A DNA stretch of 64,000 nucleotides from Stegostoma tigrinum (Eukaryota). Below, in pieces: positions 25,835 to 44,300 of the stretch. The DNA is taken from NCBI RefSeq assembly GCF_030684315.1, contig NC_081365.1, positions 60,938,481-61,002,480 of the forward strand, given 5' to 3'. Numbering within the stretch: the stretch's first letter is position 1; each line of letters opens with the position of its first letter. The notes under the pieces were generated by a model. It was not told where the DNA came from. It made no database searches and saw nothing but the letters and a program-made list of their open reading frames with translations. The translations under genes were made by a program, and so were the position numbers.

Positions 25835-28800
25835 AGCTGCGAGAATTTTTTTTTAGTTTTATGATTAAGCCAAAAGTCTCTCCCTTTTTCATAGAAATAA
25901 AAGTTTAGCAGCAGAAATCTAGAGTAACAAAAGTATTTCAGCATGCAATATGGTGTTTGAAGTGCGAAGAGTTCGGTGTATAAATAGTGTTAGTGAACTT
26001 TAGTGTGTTAATTGGATCAGGCGTGTGTAAAGTTTGGCAATATCTGTGACAATTGTGGGACTGAGGATGGGAGGACTTTTATGACCATTCATATCATGTT
26101 GTACCTGAAGGAGGAAGTACTCTATATCTCACTCAGTCAACTTGCAGAAGTCATTAATTTGCAGATGGTGCAAAAGGTGGCCCTGTGATTTGAGAGTAAG
26201 GAACAATAAGCTAAGAGAAGATACCAATGTATTTGTAAGGTGCACAGATATTTCATTAATTGAACATCAGTTGTAGTTGCATCCACACACACTGGTATGT
26301 GTGCATAGTCATGTCCATACTCAGCGAAGGGTGTACACACAAGATATTATCTCACACATCTGTATGTGTACACAAAAACATTATCAGGACACCTGAGGGG
26401 GTACACACTGACACGTCCATACACGTCCATACGTGTGCACAGTTATAAACACACTTTCCATAGACCTACATGCATGATTAAATGCAGAAGAACCATGAAA
26501 TAAAGAGACAAGATTGCATAAGGAACATAAAAAGTTAGCATATGGCCAGTAATTAGGAAAGCAAATGAAATATTGGGCTTTATTACAGCAACATTGGAGT
26601 ACAGGAAAAAATACGTCTTTTAACAGGGCTTTTCTAAGATCACAATACTAGGTATTCATTCCTGGGATGAAGGTGGTTGTTCTGTGATTAGCAGCTGAGT
26701 AAATTGGGCCTACAATCTCTAGGGTTAAGAACAATGAGTGGTGAACTCCTGAAATAAAAGTTACAAAATTTTGAAGGTGCTTAATAGTGTAAATCCTGAG
26801 AGATTGTTTCTGTGATTCAAGGCATCTAAAACATGAACACATTCTTAGAATAAGGAGCCTATCATTTAGAATTGGCATGAGGAGAAATTATTTAATTCAT
26901 AAAGTTTTGAATCTTAGGAATTCTCAATCCCAGAGTCTTGTGGATGTTCAATTGTTGAATATATTTAAGGCTGAGATAGATTCATTGTCTCAAGGAGTTA
27001 GGGATAGGGGCAAGGGTGAAAATGTGAAGCTAAATTCCAAGCTAAATAAATGGTCTCGGTAGAGCAGGCACAGTGGTCCAAATGATCTGGTCCTTCCCCT
27101 ATTTTGTGTACTCTTGTGTTCTTTTATCATACCACCACTGGAGTGGATCAAAACTTTGCAGCCTTGCAACATTTAGTGTGAGTGGTATTACACAACTAAA
27201 ACAGCTAATCTGAGAAGGAACAGGAGGCTCCATAAATATCCCCATTCTCAATGACCCATTACATCAGTGCAAAAGGTGAGGCACTTGTGACCATATTCAC
27301 CCAAACAAGTGATGTGGATAATCCATCTCGGCCTCATGCTGAGATTCCTAATATCATAGACATCAGTCTTCCACCACTTCAGTTCACTCCAAGGTGAAAT
27401 TAAGAAATAGCTGAAGATGTTGGAAAGTCTACGGGTGCTGACAAAATTATGGCTGTATTACTAAATATGTGCTCCAGAATTGACTGTGTCCTTAGCCAAT
27501 ATGTTCCAGAATAGCTATAACATTGGCATCTATCTGACAAAGTAGAAAATTACCCAGGGACTATCTACAAAAGGCAAGAACTATACAATCCAGCTGTCAG
27601 TTTATCCTCAATCATCACAGAGTGAGGGAAGATGTTGTAGACAAAGCTATCAAGTGGCATTTTCTCAACAACAACCTGCTCACCAATGCTCAGTTTGGCT
27701 TCTGTCAAGTCATTACAGCCTAGGTCCAATCATGGAGAAAGCTGATTTTCAGACGGGAGGTCGGAGAGATTGTCTTTGACATTAAAACAGCCCAAGCAAA
27801 ACCGAAGTGAATCAAAATCAGAGGGAAATTCTCCACAGGTTGGCATTATACGCGGCACAAAGGATGATGATTGAGATTGACAGCTATGTTAGTCTCAAAC
27901 ATCACTGCAGGAGTTTCTCAGTGCTCCTACATAACTCTCCAATGTGTTGCAGTTTTGTGAATGCATAATTTCAATCAAGTCGAAGTTTAACACAGAAACT
28001 GTGCACAGTTTTACTTGCATGCAATTATATATGTAGAAAAAGTGCTTGCAGCGAGGTGACTGAAATGTTATGGGCAATGTGTCTTTACAGTCATATTGTG
28101 GTCGACAGATCAGTGATAATGGCAGTAATGAAAATAAGATGGTGTATATTAAAGGCAGCAAATAAGCTGATGCCCTTTTTGTGCTCCTGCTCTAGGTAAA
28201 CTCTAAGGAGAAGAAGGAGCCAAAATTGGAGGAGTACATTGATCATAAAGTTTGTGGAAATAATTGAAGTCTCAAGAAGAGTTTTTGAGTAATTGAATTG
28301 AGAGATCGTGAAAGTGCAGATGAGCACATGTTAGAGCAGGGCAGTGCTGTGCAGCTACAAATTGGTAGTTTTGGTGAAGGAGTGGAAGTACACTGCAGAT
28401 ACTTTGAGAATATTGTTAGAATTGGACCATAATAGTTAGACACACAGATCACTTTTATTCACTTGTGAGATGTGGGCCTTGCTGGCATCCATTGTCCGTC
28501 TCAAGTTGGCCTCAAGATGGTGTTGTCAGCTGTCTTCTTGAACTGCTGCAGTTTATATACTATAGTTGGACTCACAATAGTTAGAGGTAATTCCATGGTT
28601 TTGACCCAGTGACACTCAAGGGATGATAATATATTTTCAACTCAGGGTCGTGAGTGGCTTAGCGGCAAACATGCAGGCGGTGTGGTTGTTAGCGGTTGGA
28701 GATTTGGAAGTACAGTCCAAGGATCTTTGGTGAATTTCTGCAGTGCAATAGTGGTGGAGTGACTGAATACTTGTGGATGTGGCACCAGTAAAGCAGGCTG

Positions 28801-29145
28801 TTTTGTCCTGGATTGTGTCAACCTTTTTGAGTTTTGTTGGAGCTGTGCTCATTTAGTCAAGAGCAGAGTATTCTATCACACTCCTGACTCATGCCTTGTA
28901 GATTGTGGACAGGCTTTGAAAAGACATTTAGGTAAGTACATGAATAAGAAATGTTTGGAGGGATCTGGGCCAAGTGCAGGCAGATGGAACTAGGGATTAT
29001 GGTTGGCATGGACTGGTTGGACCGGAGGGTCTGTTTCCATGCTGTGTGGGTCTATGATTTTATGACTCTAAGTCTGAAGGTGAGTTATTTGCTGCAGTAT
29101 TTTTGGCATCTGACCTGTTTCTGTAGCCACTATGTTTATCTGGCA

Positions 29146-30082
29146 GGGTCAGAAATCACAATACCAGGTTATAGTCTATCAGGTTTATTTGAAATTGATT
29201 AATACATACATGTAAGTCCCTGAATTCTGTTGAAGTCACGGTCCTGAGTCGACTAAAGAAGAGGTGACGTTTTGGGTCAGACAATGCATGTTAGGTGTGA
29301 GGCCTTGGTTCGAATCAGTGGTGAAGGACATTCGGCCTTGGATCTTCGGGTAAATGTCCTCCAAGATGGACTTTAGGATACACAACAATGCAGCGTTGCA
29401 GAGGCTGATAGCCAAGTTTGATACCCAAGAAGACGGTCTCAACCAGGATCTTGGGTTCGTGTCGCACTACAGGTGACCCCACCACACTATACATTCTAAC
29501 ACTCACACACATCCTCTCTCATTCACACACTGCCTCTCTCTCTCCCCCACACGCACACACTCACTCACATTCTCTCCCTTTCCTTCACACACATACGAGT
29601 CTATGAGGTGAATTTGCATTTGTAGAGATTTTGTTCGAAAAGCACACAAATTATAGACACTCAGTCACTGTGGTGCTTTATAAGTTCCTACTTTAGAAAT
29701 AAAACCAGTCTGACTCTAAACCAAAATACAAACCAATTCTAACCTAAAATGTCACCTTTTCTTTACACTGATAAAACCTTGAGTTCTCTTAAGACTGTGA
29801 CTTGAAAAGAATTTGGGGATTAATTTGGTTAATTAATTAAAACCTTTTAACTGAATAAAGATTTAACAGCCTCTTAAGTTTGTTTAGTACATCTTTGTAA
29901 CAGTGTGAATCTTTGATCTCTGACTTACAAATTGTATGTCTGATACTACCTCTCTCATTGACACCTGAAGGAGGACTGAGGCTCCAAAAGCTTGTGTTTT
30001 CAAATAAACCTGTTGGACTGTAACCTGGCGTCATGTGATTTCTGACTGCGTCCACCCAGTCCAACACCGGCACCGCCACATC
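29146..30082 (+). mobile_element. Penelope-like element, family C, with short inverted 5' cap and 14-bp target-site duplication, nested in an older LINE
   Basis: ATGTTTATCTGGCA at 29132-29145 and 30083-30096; GIY-YIG C-terminal remnant HSALDLRVNVLQDGL*DTQQ../RLIAKFDTQEDGLNQDLGFVSHY (~29329-29470); 29148-29193 inverted relative to ~30000-30046; decayed hammerhead CTGAAGG-AGGACTGAGGCTCC-AAAAGCTT near 29965. Confidence 0.8.
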
Positions 30083-31187
30083 ATGTTTATCTGGCAAGTC
30101 CAGTTCAATTTCTAGTCAATGGCAACCCTAAGATGTTGATGGTGGGGGATTCAGTGATGCTAACGCCACTGAATGTCAAAGGGAAGTGGGTTATTTTCTG
30201 TCTTATTAGAGATGGTCATTGCCCTGCATTTTGGTGGCATGAATGTTACCTGCCACTTTTCATCCCAAACCTACACTTGTTGCTGTAACTATGGTAGACT
30301 CAAAGTTGTAATAATGAGTCAGACTTTACTGGTTTTACCTTTTCTGGCAGATAACTGTAAAGTATGAGCTGGAACATTCAGAACTGTTGCTGAGATTTTA
30401 CAATTGTCGTCCAGAAGAAAGAGCTTTGCCACAACTAACTTATTACTATCCCATCATAATTTTAAACATGTCGATTAAATCGTTCTCTCAACCTTAGAAA
30501 TGCAGGGCATACAAGTCACATATATGAAAAATGGCTGAATATTTCAACCTTTTAAACCCTGATATAATTCAGATAAATCTGAACAATAGCCCTAACAAGG
30601 CCTGAGGCCCAGTGGCCAAAATAAAATGCTGTACTCCAGACAGGATTTGATGAAAGCTGTACAACTGAAGTTTTACTGCTTCACTTACTTATTCAAGTGC
30701 TTTGAAATCAAAGGCCTTTCTGATTACTTTTTGTACTTGTGAACTCAACTTGGTGATTTTGGGATGTAGACTCAGCTGTAGCAAGGCCATGGAAGCTACA
30801 AATCCAATTAGTAATGACATTTCAGTGCACTACGGTGTGAATAATTTTATTGAATTTAGCTTGGAAGACTTCAAATTTTTTTGCATTGCCAATTCACTGC
30901 AGATGATGAGCTTGATTATGCTTTAGATAAAATGAATGCACTTAGAAAATAACGTACTGTATTTCCAATGATGTCCCGACTATTTACTTACTTGCAGTTA
31001 CATCAGGAGTTAGGTAACTCCACACATGGACACCTCAATGCATATTGTAGGAAAGTTTTGGAGAAATTTCCCTTGAGAAATGTAATATCACATTTACATA
31101 ATTGACAATTGATATGCAGAATGTTAACTTCCTTTTTTTTATGTTTTCAGTTGGGTACTCAGACTTTTCAAAGCCATACTTTGAAAA

Positions 31188-38087
<6,900 letters not shown>

Positions 38088-38172
38088 ATTTTTTGTGCAT
38101 TTGCAACATTCTATATTTATAACATGAAAACAATTGTTTAAATGTGCCATGATATGCTGAGACTGTTATCCA

Positions 38173-38178
38173 AATAAA
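38173..38178 (+). terminator. Candidate polyadenylation signal AATAAA for RWDD2B
   Basis: First AATAAA after the stop codon (~85 nt downstream); usage not demonstrable from sequence. Confidence 0.4.
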
Positions 38179-39189
38179 TATTACAATCTACAGTTACAAC
38201 CATTAGAAGTCTGGTTACATTAAAAATTCTCCGTTTTGAATCATCGGGTACAGCAGAGAAGGATGCCATTCAGCCTGTTGTGCCTTTGCCAGCTCCCTTG
38301 AGATGATAACTTTATTCAACTGATTTACTCAACTAGCTACTTAATATTTTTGATTGTACTGTATGTTGCTTTTATTTGTTTTGTATTAATTTAGCAATCT
38401 TATGATTCCAATCTTTAAGCTATGATTATACGTATCTAGTCATGATTATGGTAGATGTTTGGTTAATTAATCAATACCAGAGAAAAGCTACACGTATTGA
38501 AAACACTAACTGTAGTTTCTACCAAAGATAACCTGTCAAAAAACAAAGTTAAATTAATCAATTGTGATAATTTGCAAAACCATTTAGCAGTAATATCTTC
38601 AATTAATTTACATTGAAGACAGTAATATTCTGAATGGTAATGATTGGAAAAGAAGCTGTATTGATCATAGCAAGTCTTTTAGATTCATCACCTGGAAAAC
38701 TTGATTAGGTTAAGAGGCTTGCTATACTTATTGTGTTTCAAAAAAGCATTATTTTTATTATTTACCAACAATTCAACATATGGCCCATAATCATAAACTG
38801 CTTGGAGAGGATACATGTTAATAAACTGACAGTATTCAAACAACAATTTGAATATAATGTTGAGCTCCCATAACTTACAGGGCTACAGGGCAAGAGCTGG
38901 AAAGTGGTATTAGGCTAGATAAATCTTTTTAACCTAGTTTAGACACAGTGGGCTGGAATTTCCAGAAATTTCTGTGCCATAAATTTTCTATATTTCTATA
39001 TAGAAACATTTTGTAATAAACGCAATGCTTAATTTTCTTTTTGCATTCTCAAGAATAATTTGTTTCAATTGACTTTGTTTGTTGTGTGCTTCCAACAACC
39101 CAAATCCCTCAATTTGTTTTTTTCTTCTCCTCATAATTAGTTGTCTGAACACACCTTTCAATTCCCAATCTTTACCTCCCACTCATTTC

Positions 39190-39390
39190 AGTGAGTTGGT
39201 TAGCTCAGTTGGTTGAATGGCTAGTTTATGATACCAAAGCATGGGTTCAATTCCTATCTGGGCTGAGGTTACCACGAAGGACTGTCCTTTTCAATCTCAC
39301 CCCTTGCCTGAGGTGTGTGACTCTGAGATTAAATCCAACACCACTTGACTCTAATAAGAGAGTAACCCATGTCTTCTTGACTTTATAACT
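39190..39390 (+). mobile_element. tRNA-derived SINE; a related copy lies at ~1965-2155
   Basis: tagctcagttggttgaatgg A box and gggttcaattcc B box; body shared with the 1965-2155 copy. Confidence 0.65.
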
Positions 39391-40211
39391 TAATTGCCGG
39401 GCTTTGATTATCTGCCAACAGCTCCAAAATGTTTCTTAAGTGTCAGTTTCAGCAGGTGCCAACAGACTCTGGCTGTAGACTTCAACTGCTGGCTTTCTTG
39501 CCACCAGGTCAGTTTGTTCATGTGTCCAGTTGCCAGGTAGGAAATGGTTTTAGAAAATGATAATCAAGTCTCACCATTAAATTCAGAGGAATATTCCCAA
39601 ATAGGTTCCCTATTGTGCTACAGTGCACCCCTATTCCCTTAGATTTCAGTTTGTTTTGGTGACTTTACTGCTACAGTAATCACCTGGTTACTTCAATCAC
39701 AACACTAATGGTTCAAGAACTTAAAAGCAAAACAAATCACTTTTCTAAGTACACAGTTTTCACAAAGACAAGAACAAGAGCAGCTCGCATTTACTATAAA
39801 TAGATTAAAAATAAACTATAATTTTCATAAAATATCAAATGGGAAATACCCTTGATTTGTTAAGCTCAGATTAAATGGATTCATTGTGAGATAGTCCTCT
39901 AACATTTTAGAATTAAGCCTTGTTTTGAAGTATATTTCATGACTGAAGTGTATAGCTTGTGGAGTTATTTTGGGCTTGGGATGGTTAGGGTAAAATTAAT
40001 TGTCTGCTCCAGGCCTCTCAGTTGGGACCATTATTGTTGTTAATTTATACAAATGACCTGGATTCAGAAACTGATAATGAAGTGGGCAAATATGCAAAGC
40101 ATACCAATTTACAAGAAACAGTAGAATCTGAGACGTTACCTCAGAAAATGCAGAAATGAGTTGGGCAAATGAAATAAGCAATAAACTGGCAAATAGATTT
40201 TAATGAAAATC

Positions 40212-40418
40212 AAAAGAGTTGTGGACGCTGTAAATCAGAAACAAAACAGACATTGCTGAAAAAGCTCAGCAGCTCTGGTATCATTTGTGCAGAGAAATCA
40301 GAGTTAACGTTTCAGGGCCAGTGACTCTCAGAATTAAGGAAGGGTCACTGGACCCAAAACATTAAACTCTGATTTCAATGATGTTGCCAGACTAGCTGAG
40401 TTTTTTCAGCAATTTCTG
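40212..40418. mobile_element. Short fold-back family B element
   Basis: Inverted arms with two degenerate hammerhead halves (aacgtttcagggccagtgac / gggtcactggacccaaaacatt). Confidence 0.78.
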
Positions 40419-40667
40419 AAATACAATTTAACACAGTCAAATATAAAATATTTTACATAGGAAGTAAAATAAACCGGTTTCGGAGCACCAGCCTAATATA
40501 TCGCTTGTTTGGCTGATGTTGCTTCCTTTAAGCAGTTTAGGTGTTTAGTCGACGTTAATCATACTATACGTGCAAGTTGTGTATTCTAATGCGCATTCTT
40601 GCAAATTCATTATGAATCAAAGACCTCAGTGGGGTTTAAGAACCAAAACAAAAAATGGACCTTGTTT

Positions 40668-40825
40668 CAGAAATAGTAGGAACTGCAGATGCTGGAGAAT
40701 CTGAGATAACGAGAGCTGGATGAACACAGCAGGCCGAGCAGGAAAGCTGACATTTCGGGCCGAGACCCTTCTTCAGGTTTCTGCTTGGCCTGCTGTGTTG
40801 ATCCAGCTCTACACCTTGTTATCTC
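40668..40825. mobile_element. Short fold-back family A element upstream of the LTN1 promoter
   Basis: Inverted gagctggatgaacacagcaggcc / ggcctgctgtgttgatccagctc arms; minus-strand CTGAAGA-AGGGTCTCGGCCC-GAAATGTC. Confidence 0.8.
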
Positions 40826-40899
40826 AAAAATCGAAATTCCCTGGAGTACAGCGTCACCTAGATTTCTCCCAGACTTTGCACCGTTCCAGCCACTTCCCA

Positions 40900-41300
40900 C
40901 CTACAAATCATTGCAAAATACCGCCGCGTCTGTCTCGTGAGGATTTCGCTCTTTGGGGATGTGACACAAGTTGAGAGTTGTTGTTTCTGGCCGGTTGGTT
41001 CGAGAGAGGAGCACACGGGGTGCCTCGGCGCAAGCGCAGTGAGGGGGAGGGCGAGTTTCGGGGAATGTGGAGTGTCGTGGCTGTTTGAAAGTAACGGAAG
41101 TGCCGCGAGGCGGAGAGCGGGCGCGCGATGGGTGGGAAAAACAAACAGCGAACGAAAGGCAATGTGCAGGTAAGGGAGGGGGAGGGGGAGGGGGAGGGGG
41201 ACGGGGAGTGAATGTCGTTAGCGGTGGGCGGTGCTGCCGGTTGTTGCTCTGGACAGGACTCCGACGGAAGTCTTCCTGAAATCATGCACACTTTATACAG
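40900..41300 (+). promoter_or_regulatory. CpG-island promoter of LTN1
   Basis: CpG cluster around the ATG; ETS/GABP-type CGGAAGTG at 41095-41102; (GAGGGG)n G-run just after the exon 1 donor (~41175-41206). Confidence 0.7.
41128..41169 (+). CDS. LTN1: LTN1 exon 1 coding part ([14 protein letters not shown])
   Basis: gcgATGG start context, CAG|gtaagg donor. Confidence 0.95.
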
Positions 41301-44300
41301 CGCACAAAAACGGGGTACTCGGCCGCATGTCGCTGCCTTGTGTCATCTCCTTGGAAAGAGCCATCCCATTCGTCTCAATTCCCACGTACCCCTGTTACGT
41401 TTTGTCCCCCTTCGAGTATCTAACTCGTTAACCACTTTACAATTCGTGTGTTTTTTTTAAAATAAGGTTTTACCTCTGTTGCTCTTTTACGACCCTGGGA
41501 CGTTCCCAAAGCGCTTTAACAACCAGTGCAATGTTTTGGGAGTCTAGACACTGTTTTAATGTTGCAAAGTTAAGAGTCATAGAAATGTACAACACGGAAC
41601 CAGACCCTTCGGCCCGAGTCGTCCATGACGATCCGATATTCTGCAATAATCTAGTCCCATTTGCCAGCATTCGGCCCATATCTCTCTCTCACCCCTTTTC
41701 TGATGAAGGGTCTAGGCCCGAAACGTCAGCTTTTGTGCTCCTGAGATGCTGCTGTGTTCATCCAGCTCCACGCTTTGTTATCTCTCTCTCTCTAAACCCT
41801 TCCGGTTTACATATCTAACCTTATTTGAGCACAGCAGGAACTCTCCCACCAAATAACCGAGTGATAATGGGTTTTTAAATGTTGGGGAGGATTAGCGCCT
41901 GTCAGGACTCTAGAAGGGCTAAAATAAGCCACAACTGTGGATGCTGGAGGTCGGAAACAGAACCAAAAAAAAACAAATTGCTGCAGAAACTCAGCAGGTC
42001 TGGCAGCATCCATGGAAAGAAGGCAAGGTGAACGTTTCAGGCTCAGTGACCCTTCTACAGAACTGAAGTCACGACTCAAAATGTTAACTTTGCTTTCTTT
42101 CCACACATGTTGCCAGACTTGTTGAGTTTCTCCAGCAATTTCTGTTTTTGTTTATTCCAGGAGGACTTTGTTGCTCTTCAGAGATGCTGTAGGATTTTTT
42201 AATGTTCACTTAGGAGGGCTGCACCTCTAACTTTGCAGCTAGTTTCTGTATTCAGTACTCTGGGCAGCATTTAACACTGCCATTGTCCACTTTCAAATCT
42301 GAAAACATTGCTTTTAGAGGCACTGAAATTGTGAAATTCAGTGTTGTGCTCTGAAGGCTGTGAACGGCCTTAATTGTTCCTCTAATTTGTATTGGATTTC
42401 AATGAAACACAGCAACAAGCTGAGAACAGACATGCCAATGTGAGACCAAATGATACATTGAAATGGAAAGCAACTGGAAGCTCTGTGTCATTCTTATGGG
42501 CAGAGCTAATGTAAATCAATCTGCATTGGTCTTGCCAATGTAAAGAAAGCCACATTCTGTGAAGACAGCAGCCTAGATTGAAAGATATAAAGTAAATTTT
42601 TGCTTGAACTGGAACATGTATTTAGGCCCTTGGCCAATGAAAAGAAGGAAATAAAAAGGCCAGCTTTAGGAGATTCAGAGATAGTAGGAAATGCAGTTGC
42701 TCGAGAATATGACATAACAAGGTGTAGAGCTGGATGAACAAAACAGGCTAAGCAGCATCAGAGGAGCAGAAAAGCTGACGTTTTAGGCCTCGAACCTTCT
42801 TCAGAACCGATACGTCAGCTTTCCTGCTCCTCTGATGCTGTTTGGCCTGCTGTGTTCATCCAGCTCTACACCTTGTTATCTAAGTTTTGGGAGTTGCCTG
42901 GGAAGGTACAATGAATCAAGTGAGGAGATATTGTTATTGATGGAGAAGTAGACCAGGTGTCACAAAGGAAGCAATCTGTTTGGTCTGCTGACAGTGGAGG
43001 GGAGGAGATGACGTTTGATTGTCGTGACCTCCTGAAGATAATGCTTAGGTTGGCGGGGTGGAAAATGTGAACAAGGAGAACCTGGAGACAGTCCAGAGAA
43101 AATTCACTAAGTTGATCCTGGGCATGGAGGGATTGTCTCATGAGAGTTTAAGTACGTTTAGCTTGTACACATTGAAGTTTTGGAAGGATGATATTTCACC
43201 TTATTGAAACATTCAAGTTTCTTAGGAGACTTGACAAGATAGATATACAAAGGTTGTTTCCCGTTGTAGGAATATCGAGGACCAGAGGGCATAGGCATTA
43301 CCAATTTAAGACACAAATGAGGAAATGGAGTCCTAATGCCATCCTTATGGAGGATGGATATCTAGAGGGATTGCATGCCATAATGGAGAGGAGGTACTGA
43401 GGCCAGGAAACTGTAAATTGTGGGGTCAACGTAATGTGTTAGAAGAATCATGTGTAAGTGGGAAGAGACTGGATGAGGTCACAAAAATAGAGCCAATGTG
43501 GAGAGAAACAAGTTTAATGAGGCAGGAGCAGACTGAAATAATGGATCTAACAGGGTGGTCCTGTTTGGAGCAAAAGCAGAATATCCTGGAAAATCTCAGC
43601 AGGTCTGACAGCATCTGCAGAGAAATCAGAATTAATATCTCTGGTCCAGTGATCGTTCTTCAGAACTGATGGTAGCCAGGAAAAGGAAAGTTTTTGCACA
43701 GAAGAGAGGAGAGGGGAGTAAACAATAGGTGCAGATAGAGCCCAAAGAGAGCGAAAAACAGACAGACAAAGGAGTGGTTGGAAGTCAGTTTGGTGGAATG
43801 AGTAGTTGCTAATGGGGAGTGTGGGGATGGGGGAAAGAACAGGGAAAGGTACTCAAGCCCTAAAATTGTTGCTATTAAATCCAGAAGGCTGCAGAGATTC
43901 TAGACTAGACTCTAGTCTACTGTGTTTGACCACAATGTGGTCACCAGTATATTGGGGGAAACAAAATGCAGATTGGGTGACCACTTCGCAGAACACCTAC
44001 ATTCTGCCTGCAAGAAAATCCCTGAGCTTTCACTTGCCTGCCACTTCAACACCATGTTCTCTGGCCAACGTCTCTGTCTGAGGCTCGCTGCAGTGCTCCA
44101 GCAAAGCTCAATGCAAGCTGGAAGAACAGCACCTAAATTTCCACTTCTGCAGCCTTCAGCTCTTAATATTGAGTTCAGCAATTTTGGGGCTTGAGCACAG
44201 GGTGACAGGATATACTGGGTAGAGGAGCAGAGACATGAAGGCAGCGTTTTCAGTCTTGCGATGCTAACATTTCTGTACCAGGCCTGGTGCAGTGCCCCAG

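Noticed and set aside
31182-31184. Selenocysteine codon in RWDD2B
   Set aside because: No SECIS recognised and no conserved Cys alignment at this position; kept only as part of the uORF finding
40932-40942. TCTCGCGAGA (BANP-type) promoter motif
   Set aside because: Sequence is TCTCGTGAGG, with two mismatches including the central CpG
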